From positions 62,001 through 126,000 of IMG/VR virus record IMGVR_UViG_3300030329_004647: a stretch of 64,000 nt of DNA. One strand, given 5' to 3'. Made by a program: the position numbers and the translations under genes. A model generated the notes under the pieces. The model was not told where the DNA came from and ran no database searches. It saw only the letters and a program-made list of their open reading frames with translations. Of this stretch, positions 56,838 to 64,000 are shown one piece after another (position 1 is the stretch's first letter; each line of letters opens with the position of its first letter).

Positions 56838-58670
56838 ATGGGAGCATTATTAGAATCCGGAATGGTTGGTAACATTGGGTTAAAACACCTAAAAGTTATC
56901 AAAGAGGATACAATTAATAAATGGGACAAATTAGGTTTCCTTGATGGCCTTAAAGGTCATGGAAGAGAAAACATTGCTCAGCTTTTTGAAAATCAGGCAA
57001 CTCATTTAATCAATGAGGCGACTGCAGCTGACAACTCAGGTTCTTTCGAAACTGTAGTTTTCCCTATTATTAGAAGAGTATTCTCAAAATTATTAGCTAA
57101 CGAAATCGTATCTGTACAGGCAATGAACTTACCAATTGGTAAATTATTCTACTTCGTACCAAAAGTATCAAGTAGAGTTGGTGAGGGTGGTATGTATGAA
57201 GGTTTCGCTCCATTTGGAGCACCAGGTGCACCGGCAACACAAACGCCAAGTTCACCTACATCAGCTACAACAATAAACTTATATGACAACTTCTACGCAA
57301 CTAACGCACCAATGGGTGCTGAAGATGGTCTTTATGACATCTCAAAAGGTTCGTACTCAGGTTATATCACAACTAATCTACAAGTTATGGACTGGAACGC
57401 TTCAGCTCGTACTTTAGGTTATGCTGCGACTAACTCTACAACTGTAACGTCATTAACATCAACAACTGATTGTTTAAAATCTGTGATTATTGGAGTTACT
57501 GGATTCCAGTCAACAGGTGAAGGTAAATTAATCGGACCGATGGGTAACGAAATAGATACTGAAGATTTCTTATCTTCTTTAACTTTAATTACTGAAAACG
57601 CTACAACTTGTAAGTCAGGTTCAACTAACTATAACGCTGGTGACAACATGTTATTCAGAGTTGTTACTCAAAAATACGGTAGGTCAATTGCGAACCCAAC
57701 AAGTTCGAAAACATCTACAGCTTTCCCTGGTGGAGACTTTGACAGTATTTGTGATGTAACAGGTACAATTTACTTAGAGGCTGACCTTTCGTGTCCAGCT
57801 TGTATTAATTGTGACTCTGTAGACGGATATGTTTGTTCATACTACGCAAATCGTGAGTTCCAAAATGAAACATCACCATTTAGTGCAGCGTGGAGAGTTT
57901 ACAAAGACCTAGAATTTGAAGAAAAAATGGGTGAAGTTTCTTTCGACCTTGAATCTGTTACAGTTTCGGTTACTGAAAGAAAATTAAGAGCTCAATGGTC
58001 ACCAGAGCTTGCACAAGACGTGTCAGCATTCCATAATATCGACGCTGAAGCTGAGTTAACTGCTTTACTTTCTGAAGAAGTTGCTGCTGAAATCGATAGA
58101 GAAATCTTAAGAGACCTTAGAAAAGGAGCAGCTTGGGATTTAAGATGGGATTACAATGGATGGAAGAGATTCCAATCAGGTCAAGCACCATATACTCAAA
58201 AAGACTGGAATCAAACGTTAATCACTGCGGTTAACCAAATTTCAGCTCAGATTCACAAATCTACATTGAGAGGTGGAGCTAACTGGATTGTTTGTTCTTC
58301 TGAGGTATCTGCAATATTTGATGACTTGGAGTACTTCCACGTGTCAAATGCAGCACCAGACCAAGACCAATACAACATGGGTATTGAAAAAGTTGGAACT
58401 CTAGGAGGTAGATATACTGTATATAGAGACCCTTATTTCCCACCTAACCAATTATTACTTGGTCACAAGGGAACGTCATTACTTGACACAGGGTATGTTT
58501 ACGCACCGTATGTACCGTTACAATTAACACCAACAATGTATAATCCATTTAACTTTACACCAATCAAGGGTATCATGACTAGATACGCTAAGAAAATGGT
58601 TAACAACCGTTTCTATGGTAGAGTTACTATCGATGGAGTTAAAACATTCGATGTTAAAGAGTTAAGATAA
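56838..58670 (+). CDS. major capsid protein (T4 gp23-like)
   Basis: IVSVQAMNLP, RKLRAQWSPELAQD, EIDREILRDL, YAPYVPL, GIMTRY. Confidence 0.96.
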   Translation: MGALLESGMVGNIGLKHLKVIKEDTINKWDKLGFLDGLKGHGRENIAQLFENQATHLINEATAADNSGSFETVVFPIIRRVFSKLLANEIVSVQAMNLPIGKLFYFVPKVSSRVGEGGMYEGFAPFGAPGAPATQTPSSPTSATTINLYDNFYATNAPMGAEDGLYDISKGSYSGYITTNLQVMDWNASARTLGYAATNSTTVTSLTSTTDCLKSVIIGVTGFQSTGEGKLIGPMGNEIDTEDFLSSLTLITENATTCKSGSTNYNAGDNMLFRVVTQKYGRSIANPTSSKTSTAFPGGDFDSICDVTGTIYLEADLSCPACINCDSVDGYVCSYYANREFQNETSPFSAAWRVYKDLEFEEKMGEVSFDLESVTVSVTERKLRAQWSPELAQDVSAFHNIDAEAELTALLSEEVAAEIDREILRDLRKGAAWDLRWDYNGWKRFQSGQAPYTQKDWNQTLITAVNQISAQIHKSTLRGGANWIVCSSEVSAIFDDLEYFHVSNAAPDQDQYNMGIEKVGTLGGRYTVYRDPYFPPNQLLLGHKGTSLLDTGYVYAPYVPLQLTPTMYNPFNFTPIKGIMTRYAKKMVNNRFYGRVTIDGVKTFDVKELR

Positions 58671-58691
58671 TTATCGCTACTCTATATTATG

Positions 58692-58720
58692 AAAAACCCC
58701 TCTTCGGAGGGGTTTTTTTT
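58692..58720 (+). terminator. intrinsic terminator after MCP
   Basis: AAAAACCCCTC-TTCG-GAGGGGTTTTTTTT. Confidence 0.93.
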
Positions 58721-58759
58721 ATGCATCTTAAAGTATTTATATTAAAAGAACTTAAAATT

Positions 58760-61327
58760 ATGCCACAATTTAATATATCATCCGAAGAAAGGAATAGAAT
58801 TAGAGGTTTACACATTACAGAATCTAAAGATAAAAGAATCACTTCAGTCTTAAATGAAGCTAAGGCTTTAGAAGGTTGGTTCGGAAAAATGTTTGGTGGG
58901 AAAAAAAGAAAAGAAGACATATACAACATTCTTAAAGCCGGTGTACAAATTGGTAGTCCCCCACTCTATTTAGAAGATAGAAAAGAAAACCCTCCATATT
59001 ATACTGAAGAAGAAATTAAAAGATTCGCTAATTTCATGAATAAGTTAGATAGAGTTTTTGTTAATGAAAAAAAGGTAATAGAACTATTAAGAACAGGTGT
59101 GGGATTAGGACTAGAGGAATTGGATATATTAACAAGGATTTTATACGCGTCATCTACTGACCCAGAAAAACCACAAAATTTTACTGACGTGTTGGTGGCA
59201 TCAGGAGCATTTAATGAAAGAGAAAGTTACAATCTAGATAGAATATTAGATACTAATCTATCAGATTTAATGAAAAAAACAAAAAAACAAGATATTAAGA
59301 AACGAGACTGTATCGATACAAATCCATTTGATAAAGAGAATGAACCAAGAGAGTGGGCATGGTGTGACAACAAACTTAACCCAGAGGGTGATGTGCAAGA
59401 AACAGAAGATAGTTACGATTATCAGTTAAGTGAAGTTAATAGAATACGCGAGATAATGGGCCTTAAAATATTGACGGAACAAAAAGTAGGTAGTGTTATT
59501 ATGGTAGATGGGAGAGAAATGGAAGTTGTAGATTATATAAAACAAGAATTACCACCAATAAACGTAGGACAACAATTTGGGTCTGGACTGTATAATGTGA
59601 GTGGTGAGGTTAAAAAATCTTTAGATGGTCTAGTTAATAAAATGAAAAATTTCTTTAATAGAAAAGAAGTACAGGGAATAGTTTTTGATATAGACCTAGA
59701 AGGTGGAGCTTCACTAGTTCCAATCTCAGATGCGTTAGCAAGAAAATACGGTATAAGTACTAGTCTGTCTGATGCAGATAGAAATAAGTGGTTAGCTGGA
59801 AAAAGAGCTTCAGAAGTTAAAAAATATTTGGAAGCACAATTAGGTCAACTAGGAAACGTACAAATACCAGAACCAACAGTTACATTAGGTACAACAAAAT
59901 GGGATAAAAATAAAGGAGTTAATCACAAAGACTATACAGAAGAACAGTTTATGAATATTACTGTTAAAGCTGCGGGTAAAAGACAAGTATTAGAGGCTTT
60001 ACCAGCATTCTGTGAAAAAGGATTTGAACCAGAACAGGGAGGATTAGGTGACCCAAAAAGAGCATATAAGGTTTATAAAGGAAGAGGAAAAAAATTAAAT
60101 TTAGGTGCGGGAGAAGGTAAAATATGTTTATCATTTGACGCATTAACCGTTCCAGATATGTTTGAATTAACCTATAACGGAAAAACATATAGAAGTATGA
60201 ACTCAAAGACAGGTAAAGCTGGATTCATATCAGGTAAGTATGATGAGATATCTGAAGAAGAGTTAGATAAATTTACAGCTATGTTACCCGAAATACAAGA
60301 TGAAATAGCTAAATTAACTGGTGATATACAATTAGCACAAGACGCTTTAGAGTCTGTAGGGCCTGAACAAGAAGCAAAATTAGAAGAAATACTCCTAAAA
60401 CAACAAGAAGAATTAGAAAAAAGTATAGAAGATACCAACAGAAAAATGAAAAAGTATGGGTATAACTTATCAATACCAGTAAAAAATCATAGAAGTAGAA
60501 AAAAATGGGATGATTATATTATGCATTATGGCGACCCTAATACAGGATACCCAAATGCTGTAACACCTAATTGGTATTGGGAAGAAGGTCAATATACGAT
60601 AGATGACACTCCTTTCGCTGGACCTGGTAGTGATAAAAGACCCGAAGAATTTTTTAATATGGCCGACGAAGGAGAAGTAAATGGTGAGTGGTTTAATCGT
60701 TTCTTTAACAAATATAGATATGATAACTCTAAAAAAATTAAAAGAAGTACAGGGTTTAAAACATTGTGGGCAAATAGACCAACTAATAAAGATTGGAAAA
60801 AAGATGATGTTGCAGCCTTTTTCCTTGGTATGAGAAGATTAGAAAAACAACTATTTAGAAATCAAGACGCAAAAAGAGACGAACTAGCTAAGTCTATTAA
60901 AAAAATGAAAAGAGATTACGAAAATAGAATTGAAAACTTATCTAGTAATATTGAAAAAGAAACTCGAAGATTACAAAATGAGTTAAATAAAAATATTAAA
61001 ACACTTAATGATTCTAAAGGAGAAGCTGAACTGTCTAAGAAAATGACAGAGTATAAACTAAGAACAGGTACTAAAGGAATGTACAAGTTTGATGAGTTAT
61101 TAAAAGAAATATTAGCTGATTCGTACGGTGGTAGAAAAAATGTTCCAGATATTATAGGACCTAAAGGTACTATTACTTTTGATAAAGTATTAGGGAAAAA
61201 TGAAGCTTATCTACAAGTTATAGCTCCTATAGGTGGTACATTATGGGCGGTACAAGTAGGTTGTGGTGACAAATGTAAGGGATTAGTTGATAATCCAGTT
61301 ACATATGATAGGGGAACACAAGCTTAA
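58760..61327 (+). CDS. large protein with two class A leaders and an OmpA-like domain
   Basis: MPQFNISSEERNRIRGLHITES; internal LSEVNRIREIMGLKILTEQ; FGSG...IDLEGGAS...NKWLAGKRASEVKKYL. ATG 58760 preferred over 58721. Confidence 0.75.
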   Translation: MPQFNISSEERNRIRGLHITESKDKRITSVLNEAKALEGWFGKMFGGKKRKEDIYNILKAGVQIGSPPLYLEDRKENPPYYTEEEIKRFANFMNKLDRVFVNEKKVIELLRTGVGLGLEELDILTRILYASSTDPEKPQNFTDVLVASGAFNERESYNLDRILDTNLSDLMKKTKKQDIKKRDCIDTNPFDKENEPREWAWCDNKLNPEGDVQETEDSYDYQLSEVNRIREIMGLKILTEQKVGSVIMVDGREMEVVDYIKQELPPINVGQQFGSGLYNVSGEVKKSLDGLVNKMKNFFNRKEVQGIVFDIDLEGGASLVPISDALARKYGISTSLSDADRNKWLAGKRASEVKKYLEAQLGQLGNVQIPEPTVTLGTTKWDKNKGVNHKDYTEEQFMNITVKAAGKRQVLEALPAFCEKGFEPEQGGLGDPKRAYKVYKGRGKKLNLGAGEGKICLSFDALTVPDMFELTYNGKTYRSMNSKTGKAGFISGKYDEISEEELDKFTAMLPEIQDEIAKLTGDIQLAQDALESVGPEQEAKLEEILLKQQEELEKSIEDTNRKMKKYGYNLSIPVKNHRSRKKWDDYIMHYGDPNTGYPNAVTPNWYWEEGQYTIDDTPFAGPGSDKRPEEFFNMADEGEVNGEWFNRFFNKYRYDNSKKIKRSTGFKTLWANRPTNKDWKKDDVAAFFLGMRRLEKQLFRNQDAKRDELAKSIKKMKRDYENRIENLSSNIEKETRRLQNELNKNIKTLNDSKGEAELSKKMTEYKLRTGTKGMYKFDELLKEILADSYGGRKNVPDIIGPKGTITFDKVLGKNEAYLQVIAPIGGTLWAVQVGCGDKCKGLVDNPVTYDRGTQA

Positions 61328-61851
61328 GGGTGAACCAAAATTAATACAGGGTAAGATGTTTGAGCGTAACGTGCTTGAATTACACTAACCGCTCCAATCG
61401 TTAAATTTCCACGACCCTCCAAATCAAATAACATAGCTTTTCTATGTCCTGGAGAATTAATCCAGTCATTAACTACTTGACGACATTCCTTTTCTAAATC
61501 AAGAGGCTCGTCAGTCCATGAATACAAAGGCAATCCAGCCATACATTCGGTACCCCAAGAATATGTACCACAATATTTTTTAATTCTCATTTGAGGGTCA
61601 TTTATTTCTTCATGTCCTTTTACATCAACAGTTTCACTATGTGAAAAATTTACTTCTTTATATGTCATGTAACTTGCGTGGTGATAAGCAGCTTTATAAG
61701 CGTCATTAGACCACTCTACGGCCTCCAAACCCTGTGATACCCTATATTCGTTTACCATTCTAAAAATAATTTGTTCTGCCTCACCTATACGTTGTTGTCC
61801 GTAAGAAGTAAAAGTTAAAATAGTAAGTAAGATTGTTATTAGTTTTTTCAT
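61324..61851 (-). CDS. secreted CAP (SCP-like) domain protein
   Basis: Signal peptide; IFRMVNEYRVSQGL, HHASYM, FSH, WINSPGHRKAML. Confidence 0.88.
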   Translation of the reverse strand: MKKLITILLTILTFTSYGQQRIGEAEQIIFRMVNEYRVSQGLEAVEWSNDAYKAAYHHASYMTYKEVNFSHSETVDVKGHEEINDPQMRIKKYCGTYSWGTECMAGLPLYSWTDEPLDLEKECRQVVNDWINSPGHRKAMLFDLEGRGNLTIGAVSVIQARYAQTSYPVLILVHP

Positions 61852-61855
61852 ACTA

Positions 61856-61886
61856 CAAATATAATAAATTTATTTTAAACTACAAA
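61856..61886 (-). promoter_or_regulatory. Bacteroidota sigma-A-type promoter (likely leaderless)
   Basis: TTTG, N19, TATATTTG, TAGT, ATG. Confidence 0.8.
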
Positions 61887-61944
61887 GATAATTGTAAGTA
61901 ATTATACGAGTTATTTTAAAGATAGTTTCAGATATTTATAATGT

Positions 61945-63204
61945 ATGAAGAGTAATTTATTATCTGAAATTAATCGTTTAAGGGGCATTATGGGTTTAAA
62001 GTTAATCCAAGAACAAGTCCAGTCACCACCTTATGACCTATATACCCAATGGGAAGGTTCTGGTGGAAAAGTTATAACATCTAAGGAATGGAGTGATAAA
62101 AAAATATTTAAAGCAGGTTTTATAAATTACATAGGTCCTTTTGGAGATAGAGGTTATGTTGTTTTAATGCCTGGTACAAAATATGTAGATGGAATTGGTG
62201 AGATATCTTCACCTGTTGTAAATTCTAAATACCCTCCTATCGGAGGAAATGTGGACAACCAATTATTTAAAATAGAAGATAGAAAATTTAGACCTGGTCA
62301 AAATAAAGTGTATGGGGGTGATTTGAAGTGGGCTGAAGGAAACCCACAAATTGACTTTATGAAATATCAAAATAACGATTTATGGGAGTTAGGCAGTCAA
62401 GCTAAAGCTTTACAATCTGATATGAATAGAGGTGGTGGTCAGACTAAAACTAGATTTCATTTTTTAGCTTACTCTCAAAGAACTAATGGTAACTTAAGAA
62501 TTCTAAACATAAATATTAGATTAAAAAACATAAAAGAATTAGAAGCAGAGGGTAAAACAGACAATACAAAAAAAGGTACTTTAAGCATTAACAATTATGT
62601 AAAACAACGTGGTGGTAATGCATGGCACTTAGAATATGGTTCAGCACCGTTAGCGACTTATGGACCTGGAAACATTAGTATAGAGGAAGATTTACCAGAA
62701 TTTGTTACCGACGAATACCAGTTTGATGCTGGTGAAAATTTTGATTTCGATTCTGCAGTTCTAACTCAATTAGCTAAAGACGCCATCAAAGAAAAAATTA
62801 TTGACGCTATAAATGAATTAGGAGAATATAAAAGTGCTTATTTAAAAGAATTAGGTAAAAAACCCGTAATAATCACAGCTTACTCTTCTATCGACGCAGA
62901 TTCTGAAACACCAGGTGGTGGTGGTGATTTTGGACCATGTCAAAGTATTAAAAAATCAGGAAAACGAAAAGATTATAATAAATGCCTTAGTCAATATAGA
63001 GCTAATACAGTTGTAAAACATCTCCAAGATAATTATTCGGATATATTTGGTAATGTTAAATTAAAAGGTATTGGAGGTGGTGAAAACCCATCTAAAAATA
63101 GTTGGAAACCAGGAAAAAAGAATCATGACTCTAAAACAACCCAAAAAGACCGTAAGTTTACAATTAAATTACCAGGATTTACTATACGAAGAAAAGTAGG
63201 TTAA
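61945..63204 (+). CDS. OmpA-like C-terminal domain protein with class A leader
   Basis: LLSEINRLRGIMGLKLIQEQ; FDFDSAVL...ITAYSSID...YNKCLSQYRANTVVKHL...GGGE...DRKFTI. Confidence 0.85.
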   Translation: MKSNLLSEINRLRGIMGLKLIQEQVQSPPYDLYTQWEGSGGKVITSKEWSDKKIFKAGFINYIGPFGDRGYVVLMPGTKYVDGIGEISSPVVNSKYPPIGGNVDNQLFKIEDRKFRPGQNKVYGGDLKWAEGNPQIDFMKYQNNDLWELGSQAKALQSDMNRGGGQTKTRFHFLAYSQRTNGNLRILNINIRLKNIKELEAEGKTDNTKKGTLSINNYVKQRGGNAWHLEYGSAPLATYGPGNISIEEDLPEFVTDEYQFDAGENFDFDSAVLTQLAKDAIKEKIIDAINELGEYKSAYLKELGKKPVIITAYSSIDADSETPGGGGDFGPCQSIKKSGKRKDYNKCLSQYRANTVVKHLQDNYSDIFGNVKLKGIGGGENPSKNSWKPGKKNHDSKTTQKDRKFTIKLPGFTIRRKVG

Positions 63205-63785
63205 TAAATGTAATTTCTTGATATTTGAAAGGAAGAGTATATAGCAAGATGTGTTTTACCCTTCCATGTGAATAAACCTAACTGAGTAGACCCAGAACCA
63301 ATACCCACAATACCATCCCCAACAGAAGCCCAGTTTTTTATGATAATTTGGTGCCCAGGAGAGTTGTCCCAAGAGTTAACTAAATAAGTAGCTAAGTCTT
63401 GGTAAGTGACAAATCTTTCAGAGGACACACATGTTAACATACTTACTTCTGAATATGCATCAACTTCATACTTTAATGTTTTATTTTGGTATTGTGATTG
63501 TATCTCATCATATACATCTACACTTATTTTATTTAATATATGTTTACCTTCAGGATGCCCAGCAGTTTGTTGTTCCACTAAAACACCTGTAATGTATGTA
63601 GATAAATTGTCGTGTAAAACATCAGAATAAACTAACTTTGGATTTCCGTACGATTCACGATAATCATTAATTTCTACAAATACTAAACTATCTATAAGTT
63701 CAGCATTAAAATTATTATAATCAATTACCTGTGAATAGGTTGTTAGTGTTATAAGAGTTAGTAATAATGTAATTAATTTTTTCAT
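63201..63785 (-). CDS. secreted CAP (SCP-like) domain protein, paralog of 61324..61851
   Basis: Near-identical signal peptide MKKLITLLLT...YSQ; INDYRESYG; WDNSPGH. Confidence 0.8.
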   Translation of the reverse strand: MKKLITLLLTLITLTTYSQVIDYNNFNAELIDSLVFVEINDYRESYGNPKLVYSDVLHDNLSTYITGVLVEQQTAGHPEGKHILNKISVDVYDEIQSQYQNKTLKYEVDAYSEVSMLTCVSSERFVTYQDLATYLVNSWDNSPGHQIIIKNWASVGDGIVGIGSGSTQLGLFTWKGKTHLAIYSSFQISRNYIY

Positions 63786-63789
63786 ACTA

Positions 63790-63820
63790 CAAAGATAATA
63801 AATTTTAATTAAACAACAAA
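63790..63820 (-). promoter_or_regulatory. Bacteroidota sigma-A-type promoter (likely leaderless)
   Basis: TTTG, N19, TATCTTTG, TAGT, ATG. Confidence 0.8.
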
Positions 63821-63847
63821 GATATTTATAATAAAAAAAAGAATATT

Positions 63848-64000
63848 ATGAATTTTTTCAAAAACATGTTAAGTAGTGAAGGTAAAGTATCTAGTAAGAG
63901 ATTTGTTACCTTCGTATGTCTTTTATTTATGTTAATCGGGTACACCGCTAATTTATTCTGGGATTTCACAATAGATGATAATCTATTCCAGTCACTTCAA
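63848..64000 (+). CDS. 3'-truncated membrane protein, possibly holin-like
   Basis: MNFFKNMLSSEGKVSSKRFVTFVCLLFMLIG...; SSKR followed by a TM helix; TATTTATA at 63823-63830. Confidence 0.55.
   Translation, partial: MNFFKNMLSSEGKVSSKRFVTFVCLLFMLIGYTANLFWDFTIDDNLFQSLQ

Noticed and set aside
54587-58759. Track start codons 54587 (protease) and 58721 (also 21314 and 20691 elsewhere)
   Set aside because: They fall on or upstream of the TATTTAT motif or inside a terminator tail; downstream in-frame ATGs (54602, 58760, 21338, 20676) fit better
1-64000. CRISPR array
   Set aside because: No regularly spaced 25-45-bp repeats with unique spacers seen; the tandem repeats found are in-frame coding repeats
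1-64000. Alternative genetic code (stop-codon reassignment), as in some Bacteroidota phages
   Set aside because: Conserved genes (dnaK, ppsA, terminase, portal, MCP) translate full length in code 11, and TAA, TAG and TGA all appear as real stops
1-64000. Bacterial chromosome or eukaryotic giant virus origin (dnaK, clpC, ppsA, thioredoxin present)
   Set aside because: The T4-like terminase-portal-protease-scaffold-MCP block and interleaved phage-type regulatory motifs indicate a tailed jumbo phage

Overview
AT-rich (visually about 30% GC), densely coding 64-kb segment of a T4-like jumbo bacteriophage genome. The host is very probably Bacteroidota: 11 complete TTTG-N19/20-TAnnTTT(G/A) housekeeping promoters are visible. 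The window holds the head-assembly block (large terminase, gp20-like portal, gp21-like prohead protease, gp22-like scaffold, gp23-like major capsid protein), a complete tmRNA with an unusually long tag, and host-like genes (dnaK, an N-domain-less ClpB/C ATPase, ppsA, trxA, deoC, rfbC, NUDIX, PAP2, M15/M23/M28-like peptidases, mini-CorA, CAP and OmpA-like proteins). The main hidden structure has three linked parts. (i) About 20 otherwise unrelated ORFs share N-terminal amphipathic leaders ending in [LI]-x-E. These resemble capsid-targeting signals cut by the prohead protease. (ii) Almost all of these ORFs lie behind a TATTTAT(A/T) motif, a candidate late promoter. (iii) Oppositely oriented genes use host-type promoters, often apparently leaderless. 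All product calls come from motif recognition by eye; no database search was run.
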